This document shows, one piece after another, positions 1-7,570 of a stretch of 18,805 bases of DNA. The notes under the pieces were generated by a model. It did no database searches, had not been told where the DNA came from, and saw only the letters and a program-made list of their open reading frames with translations. The stretch is from Pedosphaera sp. (GTDB lineage: Bacteria; Verrucomicrobiota; Verrucomicrobiia; Limisphaerales; SIBH01), in the NCBI GenBank assembly GCA_031414955.1, contig JANOQV010000037.1, forward strand, positions 1 through 18,805. The letters are read 5' to 3'. Position numbers and translations under genes: made by a program. Position 1 is the stretch's first letter, and the number at the start of each line of letters is the position of its first letter.

Positions 1-503
1 AGCATGAGCGCGAGCGCGAACCGATGCGGAGCGACGACGCGCTTCACGGCGGAAATGACCGCGTGATCGTCGCGGTGAAAGAGGCGGTTGAGGTCGAGTC
101 CGTCCGCGTCGGTGCGCGCATTTTGGAGAAGACCCCACGGATTCAGCGCGGGAAAAAGCAGCAGCGGCAGCCGCGCGAGCCGCGAAGCGTGACGCTCGGC
201 CCATGCGATGAGGGCTTCGCTGGAAGCGGGTTCGTCGCCGTGAATGCCGGCGGAGAGGTAAATGCGCCGGGCCGGTCGCGGCACCGCGCGGCGCAGGGCG
301 AGCAGTTCCACTCCGGGCCGGACGGGCAGGAGATCGATCTGCCAGCCGCGGGCCTGGGCGAGGTCGCGGATGGCGTGCAGGACGGAGCCAATCTTGATCA
401 ACTCGCCGTGGTAACGGCCGTGGTTCAAGCCGAGGCGGGCCGGCAGGGACGAATGGCCCGTGGGATTCGGGGGCGGAGCGGTTGGTTGCTGGTCATGCTG
501 CAC
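1..503 (-). CDS. M14-family metallocarboxypeptidase / succinylglutamate desuccinylase-aspartoacylase-like protein (runs off the left edge)
   Basis: Manual minus-strand translation from GTG at 503 is open to position 1: ...RLGLNHGRYHGELIKIGSVL...RIYLSAGIHGDEPASSEAL...LLFPALNPWGLLQNARTDADGLDLNRLF...FALALML. It has the HxxE Zn ligands plus the NPxG and DLNR motifs of M14 enzymes. Absent from the ORF track (no stop in window). The start codon is uncertain. Confidence 0.88.
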   Translation of the reverse strand, partial: MQHDQQPTAPPPNPTGHSSLPARLGLNHGRYHGELIKIGSVLHAIRDLAQARGWQIDLLPVRPGVELLALRRAVPRPARRIYLSAGIHGDEPASSEALIAWAERHASRLARLPLLLFPALNPWGLLQNARTDADGLDLNRLFHRDDHAVISAVKRVVAPHRFALALM

Positions 504-626
504 GCGCAGAGGAAAGCAGAATCGGCGGCGTATGGAAACCCCGGCGCGCACCCAGCGCGGATTCACGGCCACTCGCAGTGGGGTGTCCAGGCTGGGTAAA
601 ATTTCAGCCCCGCGCCGCTTTCCCGA

Positions 627-654
627 TTGAAGATCAAATGCATCGGAGTAGGAT
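627..654 (+). promoter_or_regulatory. Putative sigma70-type promoter, TTGAAG-N16-TAGGAT, 8 nt before ATG 663
   Basis: Consensus-like -35/-10 hexamers with 16-nt spacing and no Shine-Dalgarno; supports ATG 663 over TTG 627 as the start. Confidence 0.45.
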
Positions 655-662
655 TCTTCTAC

Positions 663-1460
663 ATGGTTCCCGGCTCATTCATCCAGTCCGTGCCTGCCTT
701 GCTGGCAGAGGCCAGCCTTGCCCGACCCGATGAACTGGTGGCCGCGTTTCTCATCGCCTTGGTGGCGGCGGTCATCTGCACCATCGGCATCCTGCGTTGG
801 GTGGTGAGGCGGGAACTGGGCCAGCGCGCCCCGGAGCAAGATCCCTTCGCCGACACGCATCTGTCCGCGTCCGTCTTCGAGGCGCCGGGCCGCTGGCTGG
901 CGATCCGGGGACGGCATCCGCACGAAGTCGAGGTGGCGTTGGGCGTGCAGCACGCGCGGGCCTGCTCGTGGGGCGACGCCATCGCTGCGCCGTTCGAGCC
1001 GCGGCTGTTCATCTCGCCGCCGGTCCACGGCTGGATCGTGGTCATGGGTTGCGACCTGCCCGATCCGGCGGATGACATCGACGAGTGTTTCAAATTCCTC
1101 ACCGGGTTGAGCCACCGCCTGGGCGAGGTGCATTTCTTCGCGCGTCACCGGGCCGTGTCGCACCATGCCTGGGCGCAATTGGATCATGGCCAGGTTCTGC
1201 GCGCTTACGCCTGGGCCGGAGAGACGTTGTGGAACCAGGGGCCGATGACGAAGGCTGAGCAAGACTTGAAGCTGCGCTGCCTCAGCTACACGCAAAGCTC
1301 CGAGACGCTGGGACTGGCCCGGAGCGAACTGCTCGCGGCCAACACGGACAAGGTGGTGCGCCTGGCCGCCGCGTGGAGCATCGATCCGACCACGCTCGAA
1401 GGCTCGACCTTGGAGGCCAAGGGCATTGCCGGCGATCTGCTCCACTCGAAGCTTCACTGA
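663..1460 (+). CDS. Hypothetical protein with an N-terminal transmembrane helix
   Basis: Long ORF with GC-rich third codon positions. A hydrophobic segment (LVAAFLIALVAAVICTIGIL) precedes a globular domain (WLAIR...FISPPVHGWIVV...HHAWA...LRAYAW...WSIDP). Stop is 4 nt before the next gene. Confidence 0.8.
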   Translation: MVPGSFIQSVPALLAEASLARPDELVAAFLIALVAAVICTIGILRWVVRRELGQRAPEQDPFADTHLSASVFEAPGRWLAIRGRHPHEVEVALGVQHARACSWGDAIAAPFEPRLFISPPVHGWIVVMGCDLPDPADDIDECFKFLTGLSHRLGEVHFFARHRAVSHHAWAQLDHGQVLRAYAWAGETLWNQGPMTKAEQDLKLRCLSYTQSSETLGLARSELLAANTDKVVRLAAAWSIDPTTLEGSTLEAKGIAGDLLHSKLH

Positions 1461-1464
1461 GCGC

Positions 1465-1731
1465 ATGGCTGTTCCCGAGACTTGTCCCAATTGCGGCGCC
1501 GATGTGCCCCGTCGCGCCAAGGCCTGCCCGGAGTGCGGCTCCGATGAGAAGACTGGCTGGTCCGATCACGCCCAGTCACAGTCCCTCGACCTGCCGGATG
1601 ATGAATTCAACTACGAGGAGTTCGCCGCGCGCGAGTTCGGCCCGCCCAAGCGCCCCAAGCTGAAACTCTTCTGGTGGGCCGTCGCCGTGGTGCTGCTGGT
1701 GTGCAGTTTGTTTCTTCTCCTGCGCCGATGA
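1465..1731 (+). CDS. Zinc-ribbon protein with a C-terminal membrane anchor
   Basis: MAVPETCPNCGADVPRRAKACPECGS gives two CxxC pairs, followed by an acidic linker and a TM helix (LFWWAVAVVLLVCSLFLLL). ATGA overlap with the next gene. Confidence 0.85.
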   Translation: MAVPETCPNCGADVPRRAKACPECGSDEKTGWSDHAQSQSLDLPDDEFNYEEFAAREFGPPKRPKLKLFWWAVAVVLLVCSLFLLLRR

Positions 1732-2945
1732 ATTTACGCGCCTCGATTCTTCTCTCGCTGACATGTTCGTGGTGCGCGGCGGCGGACTGGCCGCAGTTCC
1801 TCGGGCCGTCGAGAAATGGTTCTTCCATCGAGACCAACCTCAGCGTCGCGTGGCCCAAAGAGGGGCCGAAGATTCTGTGGAAGACCAAAGTCGGCGCAGG
1901 CTGGAGCGGGCCGGTGGTCGTCTCCAATCGCGTGTTTGTCTTCCACCGCACCGACGACAAAGAAATGCTCGACTGCCTGCACGCGGCGAGTGGTGAACGG
2001 ATTTGGCGCGCGGATTATCCCGCGACCTATCGCGATGATTTTGGTTTCGACGCCGGTCCGCGCGCCACGCCGGCGGTGGCTGGTGAACGCATCTTCACCT
2101 TCGGCGCGGACGGTGTCTTGAGCGCGTGGAACCTGGCGACCGGCGCAAGCCTGTGGCGCGTCGAGACGCGGAAAAAGTTCCCCAACGAAAAAACCTACTT
2201 CGGCCTCGCCTGCTCGCCACTCGTCGAGGGAAAGGCGGTCATCCTGAACATCGGCGGAGCCGGCGCGGGCATCGTGGCCTTTAACCAGACCACGGGGGAG
2301 GTGCTTTGGAAGGCCACGAGCGATGAAGCGAGCCACGCCTCGCCCGTCACCGCGACCTTGGCCGGGGGGCGGCGGCTGTTCGTCTTCTCGCGCAGTCAAC
2401 TGGCCATGCTCGATCCGGGCGACGGGCGGATCTTTTGGCAATTCCCGTGGAAGCCGAACATTCAGGCGTCGGTCACCGCCGCCACGCCGCTCGTGCTTGG
2501 GGATGAGGTGTTCATCTCCGCGAGTTATGGTGCTGGTGCCGCGTTGCTGCGCGGCGGGGAAGCGAAGCCCGAGGTGATCTGGAGCGGCGACGACCTCCTC
2601 TCCAGCCATTACCCGACGCCGGTGCAGCACGGCGGTTTCCTCTACGGTTTCGAGGGGCGGCAGGAACAACGCTGCCACCTGCGCTGTATTGAGTGGAAGA
2701 CCGGCCAAGTGCGCTGGAGCCAGGACCGGTTCGGGGCCGGCTCGATCATTCTGGCCGGCGACCGGCTGTTGATCCTGACGGAGCGCGGCGAATTGATCTC
2801 CGCGCCAGCCTCGCCGGAGAACTTCGCGCCCCAGGCGCGCGCGCAAATCCTCGGCAGTGACATTCGCGCGCATCCCGCCCTGGCTGAGGGTCGCTTCTTC
2901 GCCCGCGACAAAACCTCGCTGGTCTGCGTGGATTTGCGTCCGTAG
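1728..2945 (+). CDS. Secreted PQQ-like (BamB-like) beta-propeller repeat protein
   Basis: Signal peptide MNLRASILLSLTCSWCAAA, then DWPQFLGPSRNG, repeated ...GxxxW blades (TGASLW, TGEVLW, TGQVRW), GPRATP, and a HPALAEGRFFARD end. The start overlaps the upstream stop (ATGA). Confidence 0.9.
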   Translation: MNLRASILLSLTCSWCAAADWPQFLGPSRNGSSIETNLSVAWPKEGPKILWKTKVGAGWSGPVVVSNRVFVFHRTDDKEMLDCLHAASGERIWRADYPATYRDDFGFDAGPRATPAVAGERIFTFGADGVLSAWNLATGASLWRVETRKKFPNEKTYFGLACSPLVEGKAVILNIGGAGAGIVAFNQTTGEVLWKATSDEASHASPVTATLAGGRRLFVFSRSQLAMLDPGDGRIFWQFPWKPNIQASVTAATPLVLGDEVFISASYGAGAALLRGGEAKPEVIWSGDDLLSSHYPTPVQHGGFLYGFEGRQEQRCHLRCIEWKTGQVRWSQDRFGAGSIILAGDRLLILTERGELISAPASPENFAPQARAQILGSDIRAHPALAEGRFFARDKTSLVCVDLRP

Positions 2946-2966
2946 GCACGATTGTCTTCCGAGTTG

Positions 2967-3033
2967 TGGCAGAAAGATTTCCTGGCAGAAAAATGAAGCC
3001 GCTCAATTTTTCTGCCCCCAAATATTTCTGCCA
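2967..3033. repeat. Nested inverted repeat of GGCAGAAA units (extragenic palindrome; possible terminator)
   Basis: TGGCAGAAA (2967) and TGGCAGAAAAAT (2983) pair with ATTTTTCTGCC (3006-3016) and ATTTCTGCCA (3024-3033). Confidence 0.7.
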
Positions 3034-3196
3034 TGACTGGAACCGGAAAACCACAGGCGAGGAACGAAGAGCCTGAATGAGTGGTTTCTCGCCCGCGGGG
3101 ACTGTCGCCCTGACACTGAGTCAGCAGAATTTAATGCCTATCTGAAGGTCGCCCCCTCTGCGGCCGGGGCCGGAGCCGCCGGGCCGAGCAACAGCA

Positions 3197-3225
3197 TTGC
3201 CTCTCATCCGCGTGCGCGCCACACT
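3197..3225 (+). promoter_or_regulatory. Putative sigma70-type leaderless promoter, TTGCCT-N17-CACACT, 6 nt before ATG 3232
   Basis: Hexamers with 17-nt spacing directly before a start codon that has no Shine-Dalgarno. Confidence 0.4.
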
Positions 3226-3231
3226 CCCGTC

Positions 3232-4113
3232 ATGCGAGCCAAATCTTTGAACCGTCGTGCCTTCCTCAAGGCCGCCGCGCTGACCAGTGCCGTGGCCGGT
3301 GTCGCACCGGTGGTCCGGGCCGCCGATGCCCTTTACACGGTGCAGCGCGGGCGCATCCAACAGTCCGTCGTGCCGTGGTGCTTCAATCCCATGCCGCCGC
3401 GCGAGGTGGTGGAACTGGCCGCGAAACTCAAGCTCGCTGCGGTGGAACTCATCAGCCCAGACCTCTGGCCGTTGATGAAAGAGAAGGGGATGACCTGCGC
3501 CATCGCCAGCAGTCATGGCTTTGCCAAAGGCTTCGCGCACCCCGAAGAACACGACCAGTGCCTCGACACCTTGCGCAAGAACATCACCCTGGCCTCGAAC
3601 GCCGGCGTGCCGGGCATTATCACTTTCTCGGGCTTCCGCCGGAAACTTCCCACGGAGGAGGGCGTGAAGAACATGGTCGCGGGTTTGAAAAAAATCGCCG
3701 CCTTCGCGGAGGAGAAGAAAGTCACCGTCTGCCTGGAGATGCTCAACTCACGGGTCGATGTGAGCATGAAGGGGCACCCGGATTATTTCTGCGACGACAT
3801 CGATCTCTCGGTGGACATCTGCCAGCAGGTGGCCTCGGAGCGCGTGAAGGTGCTCTTCGACATTTATCATGTTCAGATCATGCACGGCGACGTCATGGCG
3901 CGCCTGAAGCAGCATCAGAAGTGGATCGGCCACTATCACACCGCCGGGGTGCCGGGCCGGAATGAGATCGACGACACGCAGGAGTTGCAATACGCGCCGA
4001 TCATGAGAGCCATTCTGGCCACCGGGTACAAAGGCTTCGTCGGGCAGGAATTCATTCCGCTGCGCGACAAGGCGACCTCGCTGGCCGAGGCGGTGAAGAT
4101 TTGCGACGTGTGA
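3232..4113 (+). CDS. Hydroxypyruvate isomerase-family (xylose isomerase-like TIM barrel) protein with a Tat signal
   Basis: Twin-arginine motif NRRAFLKAAA; family motifs CLEMLNS, LFDIYHVQIMHGD, GHYHTAGVPGRNE and GQEF. Confidence 0.9.
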   Translation: MRAKSLNRRAFLKAAALTSAVAGVAPVVRAADALYTVQRGRIQQSVVPWCFNPMPPREVVELAAKLKLAAVELISPDLWPLMKEKGMTCAIASSHGFAKGFAHPEEHDQCLDTLRKNITLASNAGVPGIITFSGFRRKLPTEEGVKNMVAGLKKIAAFAEEKKVTVCLEMLNSRVDVSMKGHPDYFCDDIDLSVDICQQVASERVKVLFDIYHVQIMHGDVMARLKQHQKWIGHYHTAGVPGRNEIDDTQELQYAPIMRAILATGYKGFVGQEFIPLRDKATSLAEAVKICDV

Positions 4114-4137
4114 GTCCCCTCTGTTCTTGAACCGCCC

Positions 4138-4617
4138 GTGAACAAACGCGCCCTCCTCCAGAAAATCGTCGCCCAGCTTGGGGACGAACTCGATCTGCTG
4201 CTCAAGGCCGCGCGGACTTCGCACGCCGAAGCCACTCACGAATCGAGCCGGGCCGAGAACAAATACGACACCCGCGGATTGGAGGCGGCTTACCTCGCGC
4301 GCGGCCAGTCCAAACAGGCCGCCGAGTCCGTGGCGGCCATCCAGGATTTTGAGGCGCTGTCCCTGCGCGATTTTGGACCCATCGATGAAATCGCGGTCGG
4401 TGCGCTGGTGGAACTGGCCGGCAAGAAGGACCGATCCCTCTACTTCATCGGCCCGCGCGCGGGCGGCACGGAAGTCACCCACGAAGGGCGCGAGGTGCTG
4501 GTCATCACGCCGCAATCTCCGCTGGGACAGCAACTCGTGGGGCGCAAGCAAGGCGACAAGGTAAAGCTGGAAATTGCCGGCACCCGCCAGGAGTCGCGCG
4601 TCTCCTCCGTGACCTAA
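4138..4617 (+). CDS. GreA/GreB-family transcription elongation factor-like protein
   Basis: Coiled-coil with AENKYDTRGLEAAYLARGQ, then a C-terminal IAVGALVEL...VITPQSPLGQQLVGRKQGD domain; GTG start. Confidence 0.88.
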   Translation: MNKRALLQKIVAQLGDELDLLLKAARTSHAEATHESSRAENKYDTRGLEAAYLARGQSKQAAESVAAIQDFEALSLRDFGPIDEIAVGALVELAGKKDRSLYFIGPRAGGTEVTHEGREVLVITPQSPLGQQLVGRKQGDKVKLEIAGTRQESRVSSVT

Positions 4618-4623
4618 ATTTTT

Positions 4624-5454
4624 GTGGCCAAACCCAATTACATCGAACTGACGCGGGACCATCGCATCCCGATCCTTTACGAAGACCGTTCCATCATCGC
4701 CATCGACAAGCCGGCCGGCTGGATGCTGGTGCCGGTGTCGTGGCAGAAGACGGACTGGAATCTCCAGGCCGCGCTCATCTCATCCATCGAGGTGGGGCAC
4801 CACTGGGCGCGCTCGCGGAACATCAAGTTCTTCAAATACATTCACCGGCTGGATGCGGAGACCTCGGGCATTCTGCTCTTCGCCAAGAGCCAGGGCGCGT
4901 TGAACACCTACGGCGATTTGTTCGAGACGCGGCAGATCGAAAAGATTTATCTCGCGGTCACGGATCAGTTGCCCGCCCAGTCGCAATGGACCTGTCGGTT
5001 GAGTCTTTCGCAGGACCCCAAGCGCATCGGACGGATCCTCGTCGATCCAAATGGCAAACCGGCCGAGACGGCATTTCGCGTCGTGGCCAGCGTGGGCGGG
5101 CGGCATCTGATCGAGGCGCGGCCCTTCACCGGACGCACTCACCAGATTCGCGTCCACCTCGCCGAATCCGGCTGCCCGATCGTGGGCGACGAAATGTATG
5201 GGCGGGCTGGGGTGCAAATGGCTCTGCGTTCAGTAGGGCTGGCCTGGAGCGATCCCTTCACCCGCCAACCCATTTTCGTGCGCGCGCCGGTGGAGCCGTT
5301 CCTGAAGGCCGGCTGTTTTGATCTTTCCTACCGGGTGGCTTTCCAAACCGCAGGTCCCGCCCGCCCGCCCCGCCCGGCGGATCCCAAAGGCAGCGCGCCC
5401 GCGGGCCAGGGAACCGCAGCCTTGCAGCGGAAGGGGCCAGGCCAGCCGGGCTGA
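4624..5454 (+). CDS. RluA-family pseudouridine synthase
   Basis: Motifs ILYED...AIDKPAG, catalytic HRLDAETSG and TGRTHQIRVHLA...PIVGD. Confidence 0.93.
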   Translation: MAKPNYIELTRDHRIPILYEDRSIIAIDKPAGWMLVPVSWQKTDWNLQAALISSIEVGHHWARSRNIKFFKYIHRLDAETSGILLFAKSQGALNTYGDLFETRQIEKIYLAVTDQLPAQSQWTCRLSLSQDPKRIGRILVDPNGKPAETAFRVVASVGGRHLIEARPFTGRTHQIRVHLAESGCPIVGDEMYGRAGVQMALRSVGLAWSDPFTRQPIFVRAPVEPFLKAGCFDLSYRVAFQTAGPARPPRPADPKGSAPAGQGTAALQRKGPGQPG

Positions 5455-5600
5455 ACCAGGCGGTTCGGGCTGGAGTTGAGGACGTCCCGGTCGTGGTTGC
5501 TGAGTGGGATATGATTTTTTGTTCTCCTGCTCTCCACGGTCTGGCCTGTTCATCGTAGAAATTTGCGGCCAGGCCGAAAGCGGCATGCTTTACTGCCGCC

Positions 5601-6503
5601 ATGTTCATCACAGGCATTGGCGACGAGGCGGCGAGCGGCATCGACGGACAGATCAAGGCGCATCAGACGCTGGGCTGGAAGACTATCGAAATGCGTGGCG
5701 TGGAAGTGCCAGGCTTTCCCAAGGGAAATTTCCATGAGATCCCCGACGCGGCATTCGACATCGCGCGGGCCAAACTCGAAGCCGCCGGCCTCAGCGTGTG
5801 CTGCTTCGGCTCCACGATCATGAACTGGCAGAAGACCGTGGTCACACCCTTCGACGTGACGCTCGGCGAGGTGAAGCGTTGCATTCCACGGATGCTGAGG
5901 CTCGGCACGAAGTTCGTGCGCGTGATGAGCTTCAAGCCCGGCGACGACGAAGCCACCATTCCCCGGGACGTCTTCCACCGCGTGCGCGAGGTGACGAACA
6001 TGTTCCTCGATGCCGGACTCCAGCCTGTCCATGAGAACTGCATGAACTACGGCGGCATGAGTTGGAAGCACGCGCTCGAACTGCTCGACCAGGCACCGGG
6101 ACTCAAGTGGGTTTTCGACACCGCCAATCCCGTCTTCAACGCCGACCGCTCCAAAGGCCGACCGTGGCCCAAGCAGGATGCGTTTGAATTTTATCAGCAC
6201 CTCAAGCCGCACACCGTTCACGTCCACATCAAGGACGCGCGCTGGAACGCGGCCAAGAACGATGCCGACTATACCTTCCCCGGCGAAGGTGACGGTTACG
6301 TGCGCGAGACGATTAGGGACTTGCTGGCGAGTGGCTACGACGGCGCGTTCTCCATCGAGCCGCATGTGGCCGTGGTTTTCCACGATGCGGCGGTGCAAGC
6401 CCCGGCGGAGGAACAGTTCAAGAGCTACGTGGACTATGGACGGGCGCTGGAGAAAGTGATCGGGGAAGTGCCGGGCCAACTGCTGATCCGGAAGGTGGCG
6501 TAA
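5601..6503 (+). CDS. Sugar phosphate isomerase/epimerase (AP endonuclease 2 / xylose isomerase-like TIM barrel)
   Basis: Motifs GIGDEA, HEN, FDTAN, HVHIKD, PGEGDG and FSIEPH. Confidence 0.9.
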   Translation: MFITGIGDEAASGIDGQIKAHQTLGWKTIEMRGVEVPGFPKGNFHEIPDAAFDIARAKLEAAGLSVCCFGSTIMNWQKTVVTPFDVTLGEVKRCIPRMLRLGTKFVRVMSFKPGDDEATIPRDVFHRVREVTNMFLDAGLQPVHENCMNYGGMSWKHALELLDQAPGLKWVFDTANPVFNADRSKGRPWPKQDAFEFYQHLKPHTVHVHIKDARWNAAKNDADYTFPGEGDGYVRETIRDLLASGYDGAFSIEPHVAVVFHDAAVQAPAEEQFKSYVDYGRALEKVIGEVPGQLLIRKVA

Positions 6504-6506
6504 TCC

Positions 6507-6534
6507 TTGATTCTGGGAAAGCGCGCCTTAGCCT
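6507..6534 (+). promoter_or_regulatory. Putative sigma70-type promoter, TTGATT-N16-TAGCCT, 9 nt before ATG 6544
   Basis: Consensus-like hexamers fill the short intergenic gap; no Shine-Dalgarno. Confidence 0.4.
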
Positions 6535-6543
6535 CTCACCTGC

Positions 6544-6765
6544 ATGAACGCCACGCTGCCGCTCAAAGAAATGACCCTGCGCGAGAAACTCGCCGTCATG
6601 GAATCACTGTGGGAAGACTTAAGCCGGACGCCAGAGAAATTTCCATCGCCAGCCTGGCACAAGGAAGTCCTTGCCCGGCGCCGGGCACGAGTGGCTTCAG
6701 GCAAGGCAAAATTCGTCGAATGGGAGACGGCCAAACGCGAACTTCGCCGCCGACTCAAATACTGA
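6544..6765 (+). CDS. Putative addiction-module component (TIGR02574-like antitoxin); no intact toxin adjacent
   Basis: 73 aa: MTLREKLAVMESLWEDL...SPAWHKEVLARR...FVEWETAKRELR matches the family's E(K/R)L...LWxxL / PxWHxxxLxxR / WxxxK pattern. Confidence 0.85.
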   Translation: MNATLPLKEMTLREKLAVMESLWEDLSRTPEKFPSPAWHKEVLARRRARVASGKAKFVEWETAKRELRRRLKY

Positions 6766-6818
6766 CTGCCGGAGAAAATTGGTGCCTTGACGCCTTCGTT
6801 GCTTAACTTCCTTGCGCC

Positions 6819-7436
6819 ATGTCCATCTGGATCAAAATTTGCGGAATCACCCGCGCGGCCGACGCCCACGCCGCTTCCGATGCAGGAGCCGATGCGCTGG
6901 GCTTCATGTTCTACGCACCGAGCAAGCGCGCGATTGAGCCGGCCGCAGCGGGGGAGATCATCCGCGCTCTCCCGCCTTCCATCGCGAAGGTCGGCGTGTT
7001 CGTGAATCCGACGGCGGAGTTTGTGCGCGAGGCCATGGCGACGAGCGGCATCGACACGCTGCAATTTCACGGAGAGGAAGCGCCGGAGTTCTGCGCGCAG
7101 TTCGGTCTCCCTTTCCTGAAAGCCTTCCGCATCAAAGACCGCACCTCGCTCGACGCGTGCGCGCCGTTCCGCGACTGCGCGTGGCTGCTCGACAGCCATG
7201 TGGACGGCGCTCAGGGCGGAACCGGAGTCGTGTTCGATTGGGACGTGGCGCGGGAAGCCACCCGCCTCAACCGCAAGGTCATCGTCGCCGGCGGACTGAA
7301 GCCTGAAACGGTGGCCGAGGCCGTGCGCCAGGTGCGCCCTTACGGCGTGGATGTTTCCAGTGGTGTGGAGTCAGCGCCGGGGAAAAAGGATCACAGGAAG
7401 ATTCGGGACTTCATCGCGGCGGCGAAGAGTGTTTGA
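6819..7436 (+). CDS. trpF: Phosphoribosylanthranilate isomerase
   Basis: Motifs IKICGIT, GADALGF, VGVFVN, QFHGEE, GGTG..FDW, AGGL and GVDVSSGVESAPGKKD. Confidence 0.97.
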   Translation: MSIWIKICGITRAADAHAASDAGADALGFMFYAPSKRAIEPAAAGEIIRALPPSIAKVGVFVNPTAEFVREAMATSGIDTLQFHGEEAPEFCAQFGLPFLKAFRIKDRTSLDACAPFRDCAWLLDSHVDGAQGGTGVVFDWDVAREATRLNRKVIVAGGLKPETVAEAVRQVRPYGVDVSSGVESAPGKKDHRKIRDFIAAAKSV

Positions 7437-7491
7437 GCCAGGCCAGGCCTCTGGTCGCGGCGCGACCAGTTCCACCTCAGAGGTCCGGTAC

Positions 7492-7541
7492 AAAAAATCG
7501 GCGGGCTTTGGCGCACACACAGATTGGCACCAAAGCCCGCC
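7492..7541 (-). terminator. Intrinsic terminator of the minus-strand cassette
   Basis: 12-bp perfect stem GGCGGGCTTTGG (7500-7511) / CCAAAGCCCGCC (7530-7541), followed on the minus strand by ATTTTTT; about 30 nt after the stop at 7571. Confidence 0.75.
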
Positions 7542-7570
7542 ATCCACTCACACGAGCGGACATTTGTTTC

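Noticed and set aside
24..599. 191-aa plus-strand ORF
   Set aside because: Antisense shadow of the minus-strand M14 peptidase, which has clear catalytic motifs.
5455..5600. Minus-strand GCAGGAGAACAAAAAATCAT resembling the RBS region of the secreted-protein gene, with a TACGAT upstream
   Set aside because: Followed by ATA/ATC rather than ATG, and the frames run antisense into the RluA gene. A decayed gene or sRNA cannot be supported from sequence alone.
6766..6818. Trp attenuator or leader peptide upstream of trpF (also checked upstream of trpB)
   Set aside because: No short ORF with tandem Trp codons and no terminator/antiterminator pair seen.
7437..7490. Hairpin CTGGTCGCG/CGCGACCAG and a weak inverted similarity to 15470-15482, as possible cassette terminal repeats
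   Set aside because: Short, GC-rich and gapped; expected by chance, with no target-site duplication or recombinase.
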